Assembly (NCBI GenBank): GCA_965203355.1
Contig: OZ241889.1
Span: 2,848,001-2,912,000, forward strand
DNA: 64,000 nt
Source of the DNA: Candidatus Latescibacterota bacterium
GTDB lineage: Bacteria > Latescibacterota > UBA2968 > UBA8231
Reading direction: 5' to 3'
Part shown: positions 39,505-55,008 of the stretch, one piece after another
Layout of the letters: the number at the start of each line of letters is the position of its first letter
Position numbering within the stretch: position 1 is the first letter of the stretch
Program-made: the position numbers and the translations under genes
The notes under the pieces: model-generated
Databases searched by the model: none
What the model was told of the DNA's origin: nothing
The model's input: the letters and a program-made list of their open reading frames with translations, nothing else

Positions 39505-40488
39505 TCAAACTCCGAGTGCGTTCACCCTCAGTAAAAGCCCAGCGTCTTCCTCTGCCAAACGCTCCAGCACGACCAGCCGATACGTCCGCCCGTGCTCGTG
39601 CATCTCCAAGTCGGCCAAGATGGCTAATGGATAGGCTTCGGTCTCCAAAGCGGCGATGAAGGGGTCGAAATGGGCGACTTGAACCACGGCGATCCCACCG
39701 GTACGCAACCCCCGCGCCAATTCGGCCAGTTCAGCGGCCGGGTTCTCGCCGGCTAAGCTAAAGGCGTAATCGAGATGGGCGGCCACCAGCGGCAGATGAT
39801 CCAACGCGGCGATGAGATGCGCTCGAATACCTACTAGCAGACGCGGAGCAAACGCCTCCTTTAGTGCGGCCAACTCCCGCGGATCGCGGCGCGCCCACAG
39901 GACACAAGCCCCCGGCTGCATAGCTACCAAGCGAGCCAAGCAATACGCCACGGCTTCATTCGGCCCAATGCCCTCCCCTAGCCGCAACCCCAACAGGGCA
40001 CGGCGCCCGGTCAGTTGCAGGTGAAGCCGCAGCAAATTCGGCCCGTTGCCTCGGCGCAACCCGTGTTTGTCGCGCAAAACCGCCGCCACGGCCGCGGTCA
40101 GCTCGGCCGCACTGAATCGGTACCGGCCCCGCAGCGTCGCGCTCAAGGTAAAAGCATGGGGGTCAATCGCCGTGGACTGGACCTGAGCGAGGCTTTTGAC
40201 CGGCGTCAGATCGCAGCGGGCGATGTGTTGGCAGATGTATTCGAGGCCCGGTCGCCCCACCGTAACGCCGTGCATCTGAACGAGTAAACCGGCGCACTGC
40301 ATGGCCGAGCGCAGTTGTAGCAGTTGCCGGGGGCTGCGCTTGTACGTGAAGAAAATCTGGCCCACACGCCCGCCCGGTTCGACATTGACCTGCTGCACCT
40401 CGGGCGCGTACTCGCGCAGTTCGTCGAGTGCCACGGCCTCCAATCCACTTGGCACCGCAATCCAATAGCGATAGATCTTGTCGGCCAT
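39505..40488 (-). CDS. THUMP/RNA methyltransferase-like protein, degenerate
   Basis: VPSGLEAVALDEL N-terminus typical of THUMP MTases; no clear SAM-binding motif; TAATG overlap with upstream gene. Confidence 0.5.
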   Translation of the reverse strand: MADKIYRYWIAVPSGLEAVALDELREYAPEVQQVNVEPGGRVGQIFFTYKRSPRQLLQLRSAMQCAGLLVQMHGVTVGRPGLEYICQHIARCDLTPVKSLAQVQSTAIDPHAFTLSATLRGRYRFSAAELTAAVAAVLRDKHGLRRGNGPNLLRLHLQLTGRRALLGLRLGEGIGPNEAVAYCLARLVAMQPGACVLWARRDPRELAALKEAFAPRLLVGIRAHLIAALDHLPLVAAHLDYAFSLAGENPAAELAELARGLRTGGIAVVQVAHFDPFIAALETEAYPLAILADLEMHEHGRTYRLVVLERLAEEDAGLLLRVNALGV

Positions 40489-41825
40489 TACTCCGCGCAT
40501 CCGGTGGGTACAATCTGCATCGCGCTCTGGTGCGCCGGAGACAAACAGCTATCCAGTACCTCGAGAATCTCGCCGACTCCGATCTGCTCGTGGACGTCAA
40601 AATAGACGCTAGGAGCAACTCCTCTCACCGCGGCCGCGCAGATCATATCGGCCACATCCTCGGTTTGCTCCCACGCACGCAGCAGCATGCCGTAGGCTTT
40701 GCGCTTGGCGCGGCCCAAATCCGCGGCCACGACGCGCTCGTCGAGACCAGCCAAGGCGGCGATTATCTCCTCGCATAATCGCTCGCTCTGCTGGGTGTAT
40801 CCGCCCACCGTACAAAAGCAGAACGTCTGCTCGGCATGGACCTCGGCTCCAAAGGCATCCTCGTCAATCAGGTCATCTTCGTAGTGCGCGGCAAAAAAAT
40901 GGCTCGCAGGCCCCACGGCAATATCCAAGGCCAGCTCTAAGGCCAACTCCCGCAAGAGCAAATCGCGGCCTGATTGACCAGCCTTGTCGTCACCGAAAAA
41001 TAGCAAGGTATAGGGCCGACTGACCGGCAGCACCAAGGCCCCGAGCGGCTGCGGAGTTGGCAACACCACTCGGCGTTCCACTCGGTCCCACGCCGAGCGC
41101 GGCCGACTGTACTTTAACTTTAGCAAAGTGGACTCGACGGCCGCGTAGGTAGCCTCTACGTCGAAATCTCCGCACAAGTACAGCCCCATATATTCGGGCC
41201 GATAAAACACCTCGTGGCAACGAGTTAGCGTGTCCGCGTCAATCTGCCCGATGCTCTCCCGCGTACCGGCGATGTCGCACGCCAAGGGACTATTCTGGTA
41301 CAGCCCCTCAAGGCCGCGTAGGAACCCGAGCCACTCCGGGTCGTCGCAACTTATCTGTAGCTCGCGGTCAATGATTTCGCGCTCCTGAGCGACGCCCGCC
41401 GACTGGACGTGCAGGTCCAAGGCAAGCTCAAAGAGCAAATCTAGGTGGGCGGAAAAGTGTTCAATGCACGTTAGAAAAAAGACGGTCGAAGTAAAACTAG
41501 TACTGGCATTTACGTAGCCCCCAAGACGGCTGATTTGTTCCGTGATGTCGCCGTAAGGTTTGGCAAAAAGGCGGTGTTCGAGAAAGTGCGCGGTGCCGGC
41601 CGGCGTGGCTTGTATCTGTCTGGAGTTGCGGGCACGCAAGCGCAGATCGACCGAACCGTAGTCTATGTACAGCACGGCCGCTTTCTGCCGACTGCCCGGC
41701 CGCGGCACCGCCCATACATCAAGGCCAGCCAAGCGGCTGCGGTACACTCCTTCCCCCCATAGCGTATCCGCGATCACGTTCTCACATTCCGTATAATAAA
41801 AAGGTTGTATCCGCCACAATCCCAC
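40488..41825 (-). CDS. M16 peptidase, YmfH-like (active subunit)
   Basis: YGSVD, PAGTAHFLEHRLF (HxxEH), NASTS, DIAGT.ESI. Confidence 0.85.
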   Translation of the reverse strand: MGLWRIQPFYYTECENVIADTLWGEGVYRSRLAGLDVWAVPRPGSRQKAAVLYIDYGSVDLRLRARNSRQIQATPAGTAHFLEHRLFAKPYGDITEQISRLGGYVNASTSFTSTVFFLTCIEHFSAHLDLLFELALDLHVQSAGVAQEREIIDRELQISCDDPEWLGFLRGLEGLYQNSPLACDIAGTRESIGQIDADTLTRCHEVFYRPEYMGLYLCGDFDVEATYAAVESTLLKLKYSRPRSAWDRVERRVVLPTPQPLGALVLPVSRPYTLLFFGDDKAGQSGRDLLLRELALELALDIAVGPASHFFAAHYEDDLIDEDAFGAEVHAEQTFCFCTVGGYTQQSERLCEEIIAALAGLDERVVAADLGRAKRKAYGMLLRAWEQTEDVADMICAAAVRGVAPSVYFDVHEQIGVGEILEVLDSCLSPAHQSAMQIVPTGCAE

Positions 41826-43062
41826 CGGCCACGCGCGTTAGGTCCTCAACGCCGACTTGCTCGATGCGCTGCCATAGCGTTTCTGGGGACTGGCTGCTTC
41901 CGATCAGTCCTTCCCGCAACTGATAGCGGAAAAAGCCCTCGCGGTCTTCGGCCAACCCCAACAGCCACGCGCGCAACAAGTGCCGAGCTGCTTCGATTTC
42001 TCGGCCATCAAAGTCCCCTGCGCACAATGCTTCGAACTCCCGTTTCACCTTATCCCGCACCTCGGAGTAGGCCGCCGCCTCAATGCCTGCGGTCACAAAG
42101 AGCAGGCCGCTCAATGCCTCGACATGAGATGCGATGTAGTAGCACAAGCCCTCTTCTTCGCGGAGACGCTTGAACAGCCGCGATGGCCCATCGCCGCCGA
42201 GCATCAGGTTTAGGAGAATCAAAGCCGGATAGTCGTCTGTGCCGTCCGCGCCATAAGCGACTTGCGTGCGGTAGCCCAACACTATATTTGCCTCTCGCAC
42301 CGCTTGGCATTCAAAAACCTCGCGCGGTATCTCAGTACGGCGAGGACGCCGCGGCTGGGGTTGGGGTTGGCTGGCAGTACGCTCCCCGCGCTCCCAAATA
42401 AAAAGCGACTCCACCAAGGGCTGAATCTGCTCCAAGCGCAGATCGCCGCTTATGAAGAGGTCGAGGCGGTCGGCAGTAGTCCGCGCGCAGTGGAAAGCCC
42501 ATAGCTCGTCGGCCTGCACAGCCGCAAAATCCGCGGGGTTGCCCAGCGGCGACAGGCTCGTGGGTTCGCCCCGGCACATCTCTTCCCGGCATCGCCCTTG
42601 TGCGTAGCCCAGTTTGTCGTTGAAACCATCGGCAATTTGCCGGGTGAGGCGGTGCTTTTCGCGCTCCAGCGGGTCGCGTTGAAATCCGCTACCATCGCGC
42701 ATGACGTCGCGGAGAAAAGTCAGACCTCGTTCTAGTATCCCCTTCTCCCCAAGGAAATTATCGTCTATGACTTCTAGGCATAAGTGAATGAACTGATGCG
42801 CCCCTAAGCGATCTACTTGCACCGAGTAATATGCCCCGTAGAGGTCGTCGATAAAGCGGTTGAGGCTCTGTATATCGGGCAGCTTGTGTGTGCCCCGCGC
42901 CAGCAGTCGGCTACTCAGGGCCACCAGTGAATGTCGCGGCGCACACAATGGCGTACTCAGACACACATCCACCCGGATCGTCTTGTACAGACCAATGCTG
43001 TGCAGATGCAAATAAAGGCCGTCCGCGAGTTGGACGCGGGTGAGTTCACCTACGGTGGGCAT
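41782..43062 (-). CDS. M16 peptidase-like, YmfF-like (inactive subunit)
   Basis: LYGA, NDK.GYA, SRLFKRLREEEGLCYYIAS; no HxxEH; start set at MPTVGE. Confidence 0.8.
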   Translation of the reverse strand: MPTVGELTRVQLADGLYLHLHSIGLYKTIRVDVCLSTPLCAPRHSLVALSSRLLARGTHKLPDIQSLNRFIDDLYGAYYSVQVDRLGAHQFIHLCLEVIDDNFLGEKGILERGLTFLRDVMRDGSGFQRDPLEREKHRLTRQIADGFNDKLGYAQGRCREEMCRGEPTSLSPLGNPADFAAVQADELWAFHCARTTADRLDLFISGDLRLEQIQPLVESLFIWERGERTASQPQPQPRRPRRTEIPREVFECQAVREANIVLGYRTQVAYGADGTDDYPALILLNLMLGGDGPSRLFKRLREEEGLCYYIASHVEALSGLLFVTAGIEAAAYSEVRDKVKREFEALCAGDFDGREIEAARHLLRAWLLGLAEDREGFFRYQLREGLIGSSQSPETLWQRIEQVGVEDLTRVAGGIVADTTFLLYGM

Positions 43063-43102
43063 TGGCGCACAGCGTCCTTCTTGGTTTAGTTTGACAAGCC
43101 GC

Positions 43103-47698
<4,596 letters not shown>

Positions 47699-47738
47699 GC
47701 ACCTCCGTTCACTGCCTAAAGGCAGCAGATAAAGCCTC

Positions 47739-48848
47739 TCAGTCCTTTTTAAGGCCCGAAGACACAAAGGGCCGCTTGACCACCACGGCAGGTTGCTGCT
47801 TGCCCCTCATGTCAATGTATAGCTCAGTGCCTATTTTTTGTGCGCCGCGCTGTAAATAGGCTAGCCCTATTCCTTCGCCGAGCACCGGCGAATGCGTCCC
47901 ACTGGTCACGGTACCCACCTGTTCCCCGCGCTCGTTGAGAATCGGATAATCCGGCCGCGGAATGCCCTTCTCCAACATGCGGAAGCCGCGCAGCCGGCGA
48001 TACCCTCCGGCCGTGCGCTGTGCTCGCAGGGCCTCGGCTCCGACGAAATTAACCGCTTTTTCCAAATCCAAAGTCCAAGACAAACCCGCCTCTAAGGGAG
48101 TTGTCTGCTCGTCCAATTCGCTTCCATAAAGGCAAAAGCCCATTTCGAGGCGCAAGGTGTCGCGCGCGCCTAGCCCGCAAGGCTGAGCACCGGCTGCGCG
48201 GAGTTTGGCCCACAACGCGACAATTTGGGCCGTCGGGCACATAATTTCAAACCCGTCTTCGCCGGTGTAACCATTGCGGCTGAGTAAGACTCGGATTCCG
48301 GCGATCTCCATCGCCGCGCAGCGATAGTAGCCCAGTGCCACGCTAGCCGGCCCAGCAAGCGCTTCGACTAGGGCGACGGCCTGCGGCCCCTGCACCGCTA
48401 CCATGCCCTGTCCATCGCTCAAATCCTCAATTTGCACGCCGGACCACCCGGCGGCGTACGCGGTAATCCACTGCCAGTCAACGGCCTTCCGGCTCGCGTT
48501 GACCACCAAGAGGTACTCCTGCGGTGCAAGCCGATACACTACCAGATCGTCCACGCATCCTCCCTGTTCATTGCACAGCGGCGCGTAGAGCATCGCGCCG
48601 ATAGTCAATTCGCACACCCGCGCTGGTAGGAGGCTGTCGAGGAAGGCTCGTCCACGCTCCCCGGAAACGGCGATTCGCCCCATGTGCGAGATATCGAACA
48701 GACCAACCGCACGGCGCACCGCCCAGTGTTCGCTGCGGATACCTTCGAACTGGACCGGCATTTCCCACCCACCAAAAGGGGCCATGCGCCCGCCTTCGGC
48801 GACGGCGACTTCATAGAGCGGCGTCCGCTGCAAACGCTCCTTGGTCAT
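47739..48848 (-). CDS. gcvT: Glycine cleavage aminomethyltransferase
   Basis: [38 protein letters not shown]. Confidence 0.96.
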   Translation of the reverse strand: MTKERLQRTPLYEVAVAEGGRMAPFGGWEMPVQFEGIRSEHWAVRRAVGLFDISHMGRIAVSGERGRAFLDSLLPARVCELTIGAMLYAPLCNEQGGCVDDLVVYRLAPQEYLLVVNASRKAVDWQWITAYAAGWSGVQIEDLSDGQGMVAVQGPQAVALVEALAGPASVALGYYRCAAMEIAGIRVLLSRNGYTGEDGFEIMCPTAQIVALWAKLRAAGAQPCGLGARDTLRLEMGFCLYGSELDEQTTPLEAGLSWTLDLEKAVNFVGAEALRAQRTAGGYRRLRGFRMLEKGIPRPDYPILNERGEQVGTVTSGTHSPVLGEGIGLAYLQRGAQKIGTELYIDMRGKQQPAVVVKRPFVSSGLKKD

Positions 48849-49462
48849 GGTTGCCTCTTTCCTGCGCCATTGACTAACTCGGCCCACAGTTTTTTCGCCT
48901 GCGCGGCGAGCGCGGCCAAGCCCTTGTTATTGTCAATGACAAAGTCGGCGCGCCTCTTTTTTTTTGCTGGATCCATCTGGCGTGCCATCCGCTGCCTAAT
49001 CTCGTACACCGACAAGCCACTGCGCTGCTGTACCCTCGACACACACTGCTCCTCCTCAGCATCAACCACCACGATCCGGTCAAAGTTCCCCTCATGGCCC
49101 CACTCGTATATCAGCGGCGCATCAAACACCACGACTCCGCCAGCGGCTTTCTCCACAGCCTGCGCTAGCTGGCACTCTATGGCCGCTGATAGCGGCGGCC
49201 GCATAATCGCCTCTAACCGCTTGCTCGCCTCGTCCGACCGCAGGGCACGCCGTCCCAACTCCCGGCGGTTCAAGCACCCGTCCGAGCCGAGCAAATCGCG
49301 GCCAAATGCCGCTTGTAGCTCCTCTATCACTGCCGGGATGGCCGCCACTTCGAGGGCCACTTCGTCGGCATTGACCCGCAGAGCACCCAACTCCGCGAGT
49401 ATTTGCGCCAGTGAGGACTTGCCCGCCCCCATGCCGCCGGTAATACCTACGAGCACGCGCAC
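48845..49462 (-). CDS. coaE: Dephospho-CoA kinase
   Basis: GITGGMGAGKS, NAD, DAPLIYE, ADFVIDN. Confidence 0.92.
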   Translation of the reverse strand: MRVLVGITGGMGAGKSSLAQILAELGALRVNADEVALEVAAIPAVIEELQAAFGRDLLGSDGCLNRRELGRRALRSDEASKRLEAIMRPPLSAAIECQLAQAVEKAAGGVVVFDAPLIYEWGHEGNFDRIVVVDAEEEQCVSRVQQRSGLSVYEIRQRMARQMDPAKKKRRADFVIDNNKGLAALAAQAKKLWAELVNGAGKRQP

Positions 49463-49622
49463 CTGTGACCAGCTAGGCCCAAGCAACAAAGTTCAAAAAG
49501 TCGTAGCACTATGCCTGGCAATGGATTAGAGACTTTACCTTCGGAGGGCAACAACGTACTGTGAGCAAGGTAAAATGTACCGCCCCAGCCCAGCGCGGTC
49601 AACCGACCTAAGCGGCGTCCCA

Positions 49623-49651
49623 TTGACACTATATTGGGCATCGCCTATAGT
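49623..49651 (+). promoter_or_regulatory. Sigma70-type promoter for clpP
   Basis: TTGACA-N17-TATAGT, about 43 nt upstream of the ATG. Confidence 0.7.
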
Positions 49652-49694
49652 CCATTAACCAACAATAGGCTCCCTTCTAACCACAGAATAGCAC

Positions 49695-50300
49695 ATGGCA
49701 ATCGTACCCGTAGTAATCGAACAGACCGGTCGCGGCGAGCGTGCCTACGATATTTTCTCGCGCCTCCTCAAGGAACGGATAATTTTTATCAGCACTCAGA
49801 TCGACGACCACGAAGCCAACCTCGTCATCGCCCAGTTGCTCTTTCTAGCCTCAGAAGATCCCAAGAAAGACATCTCGCTCTACATCAACAGCCCCGGCGG
49901 CAGCCTCACGGCCGGCTTGGCCATCTACGACACCATGAAGCACGTCCCCTGCGACGTAGCAACGCTGTGCATCGGCCAAGCGTACAGCATGAGCGCAATT
50001 CTCCTCGCTGGCGGGACCCAAGGCAAGCGCCACGCCCTGGCCCATTCTCGGCTCATGCTGCACCAGCCTTGGGGTGGCGTCCGCGGCCAAGCGGCTGATA
50101 TCGAAATCCACGCCCGCGAAATCGTCGAGTGGCGCGACCGGCTCAACCAGATCTTAGTCCAAGATACCGGCCAGTCGCTCGAGCGCATCGAGCTGGTCAC
50201 CGAGCGCGATTACTTTCTATCGCCGGCCGAGGCGATCGATTTCGGCCTGATTGACGGGCTGCTGGCATCCGAAAAAGAGCTGGCCACCCTCGCCGACTAA
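49695..50300 (+). CDS. clpP: ATP-dependent Clp protease proteolytic subunit
   Basis: [29 protein letters not shown]. Confidence 0.96.
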   Translation: MAIVPVVIEQTGRGERAYDIFSRLLKERIIFISTQIDDHEANLVIAQLLFLASEDPKKDISLYINSPGGSLTAGLAIYDTMKHVPCDVATLCIGQAYSMSAILLAGGTQGKRHALAHSRLMLHQPWGGVRGQAADIEIHAREIVEWRDRLNQILVQDTGQSLERIELVTERDYFLSPAEAIDFGLIDGLLASEKELATLAD

Positions 50301-51580
50301 TGCCCCAGTGGAAAGGCGATGACCTCTTCTAGGCAAGACGCGCCAGCCATAATCACAACCAACCGATCCAACCCCAAAGCCACGCCACCGGCTGGCGGAA
50401 TGCCTCGCTCCATAGCTGCGAGAAATGCCTCGTCGGCTGGTGCGCCTCCTGACCGCACCCCCCGCGCAAAGCGCTCTCGCTGCTGGGTTGGGTCGTTTAA
50501 CTCGGTATAGCCGTTTGATAACTCCACTCCCCCCAAGTACGCTTCCGTCCTCTCGGCTACGGCTGGATCGCCTTCTTTTAACTTGGCCAATGCGGCTAAT
50601 TGCCGGGGATAATCGAAAAGGTGGACAGCCCCTAGTTTGGCCAATTCTGGCTCGACTCTCTCCAGCAGAATTTTGTGGTATAAGTCCTCCCAACGATCCG
50701 CTTGTCTAGCACTGTCATAGCCCAGCGCACGCGCTTGGCGAAAAAGTGATTCCGCGTCTGCACAGGCATCCAAATCGACAGCAGCCCAGCGCACAAAAGC
50801 ATCGCGGACGCTGAGCCGCTCCCACGGCGGCTGCAAGCGGATCTCGCGCCCTGCTCGGACCACGCTCGACCGCCCCAAGACGCTTTCCGCCACATGGGCC
50901 ACCAAGTGCTCGACATCGGCCATGATTTCCGCGTAACTGGCGTACGCCCGATACCATTCGATTAGGGTAAACTCGGGGTTGTGTTGCGGCCCCAACTCCC
51001 CGTTGCGGTACGAGCGGCTGATCTGGTAAATCCGCTCAAAACCCACTCCTAACAATCGCTTCATGTATAGCTCGGGTGAAGGGGCAAGGTAAAGCGGCTC
51101 TTGCGACTTGTCGCCCTGGTACTCCGTGGCAAATAGCTCAATGTGCTCCTCTTGCGCCGAGGCGCGGGCCAGTGTGGGCGTCTCCACCGCGAGAAAGCCC
51201 AGATTCCTAAAAAAATCGCGTACAGCGTCTAATACGGCGGCGCGCACCCGCATATTCGCCCACAGTCCATTGGCGTGGAACCGCGACCAATCTCCTTGGC
51301 GCCAATCCGCTCGACTAGAGGCTAATAAGCGAATTTGATTAACATCTATAATCCCTTCTGCCGCAATCCCATATAACTCCACTATATCCCCGGCTTTTAT
51401 CCCAGCTACCCCTGTCTTGACGACGAAATTGACCTCCCCACTCTCGTCTGCGATGCGCCCTCGACCTGCGGCGAAGCGGAGGAGCCGCCCTCGCACAGCC
51501 ACTTCTCCGACGGCGGTGGCCGCGGTGGCCGCAGGCTGGTGCCGCCACAGCACCCGCGATGGATAATGCCTAGGCTGCAT
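50297..51580 (-). CDS. epmA: EF-P lysine aminoacylase EpmA (GenX) with N-terminal OB-like domain
   Basis: [20 protein letters not shown]...[28 protein letters not shown]. Confidence 0.85.
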   Translation of the reverse strand: MQPRHYPSRVLWRHQPAATAATAVGEVAVRGRLLRFAAGRGRIADESGEVNFVVKTGVAGIKAGDIVELYGIAAEGIIDVNQIRLLASSRADWRQGDWSRFHANGLWANMRVRAAVLDAVRDFFRNLGFLAVETPTLARASAQEEHIELFATEYQGDKSQEPLYLAPSPELYMKRLLGVGFERIYQISRSYRNGELGPQHNPEFTLIEWYRAYASYAEIMADVEHLVAHVAESVLGRSSVVRAGREIRLQPPWERLSVRDAFVRWAAVDLDACADAESLFRQARALGYDSARQADRWEDLYHKILLERVEPELAKLGAVHLFDYPRQLAALAKLKEGDPAVAERTEAYLGGVELSNGYTELNDPTQQRERFARGVRSGGAPADEAFLAAMERGIPPAGGVALGLDRLVVIMAGASCLEEVIAFPLGH

Positions 51581-51594
51581 TGCGCTTTTCTCGC

Positions 51595-51639
51595 AAAAAA
51601 ACCCTTCTCCACCCGCGCGTTCACTCGCGTGGAGAAGGG
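51595..51639 (-). terminator. Intrinsic terminator after clpX
   Basis: CCCTTCTCCAC...GTGGAGAAGGG stem followed by 7 T on the minus strand. Confidence 0.8.
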
Positions 51640-51670
51640 ACTAATTAAAGCTCAACGCTCAATTTCGGGA

Positions 51671-52897
51671 TCAAGCTCGCTTCTTGTTGTACACGAAGGT
51701 GGGCGGGGCCTTGTTTTCGATGAATTCCTTAGTAATGACGCATTCGGCGGTATCGTCTCGGGTCGGGAGCTCAAACATGATTTCAAACATGACGGTCTCT
51801 AAGACCGCCCGCAGACCGCGTGCGCCCATTTCCTTTTCTTGGGTTAATTCGACGACCTTGTACAGCGCCTCATCTTCAAACCGCAGGGCAATGCCGTCCA
51901 TCTCAAAGAGTTTCTGGTACTGTTTGACGAGTGCGTTCCGCGGTTTGAGCAAGATGTCCATTAACGCCTGATCGCTCAGGGGATGCAAGACGCCCACCAC
52001 TGGCAAACGGCCAATCAACTCGGGAATCAGGCCGTACTGGATCAATTCTTCGGGTTCGACGCGCGCCAATAGATTGGCCCCGCCCACTTCCTCGCGGTCG
52101 TCAAGGGGGCTACCAAAGCCCATGGACTTGGTTCCGATGCGTTGGCTGATAATTTTATCTAGCCCATCGAAAGCCCCGCCGCAGATAAAGAGAATGTTTT
52201 TGGTGTTTATTTGCACCAAAGGCTGTTCGGGATGCTTGCGTCCCCCCTTCGGCGGCACTCCAGATACGGTCCCCTCTAAGATCTTAAGGAGTTCCTGTTG
52301 GACGCCTTCGCCTGAAACGTCGCGGGTTATGGAGGGATTACCGGATTTGCGGGCGACTTTGTCTAGTTCGTCGATAAATAAAATCCCGCGCTCCGCTTGT
52401 TTGACATCATAATCCGCAGCTTGGAGGAGCCGTACGAGGATATTTTCCACGTCCTCGCCTACATACCCGGCCTCGGTCAGGACCGTAGCATCAACGATCG
52501 CAAAAGGCACTTGTAATATGCGCGCCAACGTCTCCGCCAAAAGCGTCTTGCCCACTCCGGTGGGGCCGATGAGCAGGATATTGCTCTTGCTGAGCTGGAC
52601 ATCCGCAGCACCGGAATGCACACGCTTGTAGTGGTTGTACACAGCGACCGAAAGTGCTTTTTTGGCGCGTTCTTGGCCGATAATATGCGCGTCGAGGTGA
52701 GCCTTGATTTCGGCCGGCTTGGGGAGAGGACGGCCATTGAGACTAAGATCGCGCTTGGCGTCCTCTGACAGCCTCTCATTGCATAAGCCGATGCATTCAC
52801 TGCATATATACACTGAGGGCCCCTGAATGATCTTCTCGACTTGGTCGCCCCCTTTGCCGCAGAACGAACAGGCTATATCGGACGTTTTTTTACCCAT
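51671..52897 (-). CDS. clpX: ATP-dependent Clp protease ATP-binding subunit ClpX
   Basis: CSFC...C..C zinc finger, [28 protein letters not shown]. Confidence 0.97.
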   Translation of the reverse strand: MGKKTSDIACSFCGKGGDQVEKIIQGPSVYICSECIGLCNERLSEDAKRDLSLNGRPLPKPAEIKAHLDAHIIGQERAKKALSVAVYNHYKRVHSGAADVQLSKSNILLIGPTGVGKTLLAETLARILQVPFAIVDATVLTEAGYVGEDVENILVRLLQAADYDVKQAERGILFIDELDKVARKSGNPSITRDVSGEGVQQELLKILEGTVSGVPPKGGRKHPEQPLVQINTKNILFICGGAFDGLDKIISQRIGTKSMGFGSPLDDREEVGGANLLARVEPEELIQYGLIPELIGRLPVVGVLHPLSDQALMDILLKPRNALVKQYQKLFEMDGIALRFEDEALYKVVELTQEKEMGARGLRAVLETVMFEIMFELPTRDDTAECVITKEFIENKAPPTFVYNKKRA

Positions 52898-52903
52898 CTT
52901 GCC

Positions 52904-53527
52904 CTACAACTGCCCCTCGTCGTCTTGGAAGTCTGGGATCTTGTCTTCGCTCTCAGAGGCATCGCCGTCAGTGCTTTCGACCGCCTCGGTTTCGTCGGGG
53001 GTCTCGACCGCCTCGCCCGAGTCCGCCTCCCCTGCGGCCTGGTCTTGGCCAGCCTTCATCACGTTGATGGCTTGAAATCCCTTGGCAGTGCGGGTCACCA
53101 TAAACTCAACTTCATCATCTTGGGTCAAAGTCCGGTCCCAAGATGAAATATCGCGCCAGTGGACGAAAACATCGACATCGCTGTCTGTCGAGATAAAACC
53201 ATATCCCTTATCGTTGTTAAACCACTTGACTATGCCACGAGTCCAAGTGTTTTCCGCCAAGGCGCGGCGTTCGTGTGGCAGGGGGCTAGTCTCTGCACTG
53301 CCGGAAAGCGGACGAGACAGTTGTTTCTTTCCTTCGCTGTCTAGAACGCGGGTTAGCAGGTCTTGCTTGAGCCCTTGGCCACCTTCTGTACCTTGGGTTA
53401 TCCATTCGACAGCCGCCATCACACCTATGACATAAGGACTATCGTTGCCGTAGAGTTTGCGGGCGTCCCCGATGCGTTGAGCCAACTCGCTCACCGCCGT
53501 GCTTTCTAAGTGTATTGAACTACCCAA
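52904..53527 (-). CDS. Cold-shock domain protein with N-terminal extension and acidic tail
   Basis: GIVKWFNNDKGYGFI, DVFVHW, VEF...KG.QA.NV. Confidence 0.88.
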   Translation of the reverse strand: MGSSIHLESTAVSELAQRIGDARKLYGNDSPYVIGVMAAVEWITQGTEGGQGLKQDLLTRVLDSEGKKQLSRPLSGSAETSPLPHERRALAENTWTRGIVKWFNNDKGYGFISTDSDVDVFVHWRDISSWDRTLTQDDEVEFMVTRTAKGFQAINVMKAGQDQAAGEADSGEAVETPDETEAVESTDGDASESEDKIPDFQDDEGQL

Positions 53528-53625
53528 TTAATCTATTCCTCCTACCCCTTAAGGGGCCTTAAGTACTTCGTACTACAGTTGAGATGTGAGGTGTAGTTAA
53601 GCAAAATATATATAAGTCTGTCAAC

Positions 53626-55008
53626 CTATCTCAATCGGTATTGCTTGACCCCTTCGCAGATGGTTTGGCCGCTCACTTTCGCGATGCCTGTGAGCGGCAC
53701 GGCGATCAGCATCCCGACGATGCCCATCAACTGGCTTCCCACCATGACGACAAAAAGGACGACCAAAGGGTGCAACTCGACGCTTTTGGCCACCATTGTG
53801 GGTTGAATGAGTACGTTGTCGATCAGTTGAATAACCAAAAACATGACGATCACTTTGGCCACCATCGCCAAGCCACCGCCGGTGGCCAAGGCCACAATCG
53901 AAGAACAGACGATCCCGATTAATGGCCCGAGAAATGGGATTACATTGGCCAACCCGGCGAGCAGCCCCAAAGGCAGGGCATAATAGAGGCCAAGAATGGA
54001 CAGGCCGCTAATCGCGAGCACCGATACGACGAGAACGGCCAAAAGCTGGCCGCGAATGTAATTCCCGATCTGCCTATTGGCTTGGTACATCAGGTTTAGG
54101 CACAATTCAAAATAGGCGTTGGGAACCAGTGCCATCAGGCATCGCGTCAAGTGCCGTCCCTCCTTGAGAAAGAAAAAGGCCACAAACGGCACGATCACCA
54201 CAAAAGTAAGGCCCGAAATCACGCCCTCGATAAATAGCGTAGTGCCTCCCAACATGGTCCTCATCAGCCGCTCGCCATGCTCCCGAATCAACTCGGCGAG
54301 GCGGAAATCGCTCCCCAAATAGGGCTGTAACATAGGCTCAATTTTTGCTGCTCTGGTGCTAGTTTCCGCCAATATCCTATCGCCGATTTCCACCAAGACG
54401 TTGGGGTCGGCCTCGCCAAAGCCAATATCGGTCCGCGAAAACCTAACAGAACCCGACCTACCGGCTTGGCCGCCTGCGACCACCCCGCCATTGCCGTGGA
54501 CGCTAATGCGCTGCCTATGATCGTCCTGGCCCTGCGAGTACGCGATCAAGAGCGCGTTTCCAGCCGGTGTTTGGTCCTTGGGCACAAAGCGCAGGAGAAC
54601 GGATAACTCATCCAAGGGGGCGATCTCGAGCGGCCAGCGGTATTCTTCTCTTAGGACAAACGGCTGGTCCCGCGAATCGTCTTCCCAAACCATCTCGCGG
54701 ATGATTAGGGGTTGATCGCCGGTATTGGCGATGGTAAAAACCCTATCTACCGTTTCTCCAACCAACTTGTCTCCAACCTTAAATGAGCCTAGCCCCAACC
54801 CCACAAAAACGAGCGAAAAGACAAGCAGAGTACTCCAAGCCCGCCCCAATCCTCTTCTCTCCATCCAATCGATGATTGGGTAGAGGACATAAGCTAAGAT
54901 AAAAGCCAAAACAAAAGGCGTGAGAATGCCGCGAATCTCATATACAAACCATCCGCCGACCGCCACGGCCACCAAGGCCAGTACTACTTTCACTTGCCAA
55001 TTCATCAT
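53626..55008 (-). CDS. AI-2E family transporter with inserted Ig-like domain
   Basis: PFVLAFILAY.L.P, YIRGQL, IPFLGP, IQP, LHP, GIVGMLIAVP. Confidence 0.88.
   Translation of the reverse strand: MMNWQVKVVLALVAVAVGGWFVYEIRGILTPFVLAFILAYVLYPIIDWMERRGLGRAWSTLLVFSLVFVGLGLGSFKVGDKLVGETVDRVFTIANTGDQPLIIREMVWEDDSRDQPFVLREEYRWPLEIAPLDELSVLLRFVPKDQTPAGNALLIAYSQGQDDHRQRISVHGNGGVVAGGQAGRSGSVRFSRTDIGFGEADPNVLVEIGDRILAETSTRAAKIEPMLQPYLGSDFRLAELIREHGERLMRTMLGGTTLFIEGVISGLTFVVIVPFVAFFFLKEGRHLTRCLMALVPNAYFELCLNLMYQANRQIGNYIRGQLLAVLVVSVLAISGLSILGLYYALPLGLLAGLANVIPFLGPLIGIVCSSIVALATGGGLAMVAKVIVMFLVIQLIDNVLIQPTMVAKSVELHPLVVLFVVMVGSQLMGIVGMLIAVPLTGIAKVSGQTICEGVKQYRLR

Noticed and set aside
48849-49690. Glycine riboswitch upstream of gcvT
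   Set aside because: gcvT overlaps coaE, and no aptamer consensus is seen upstream of coaE.
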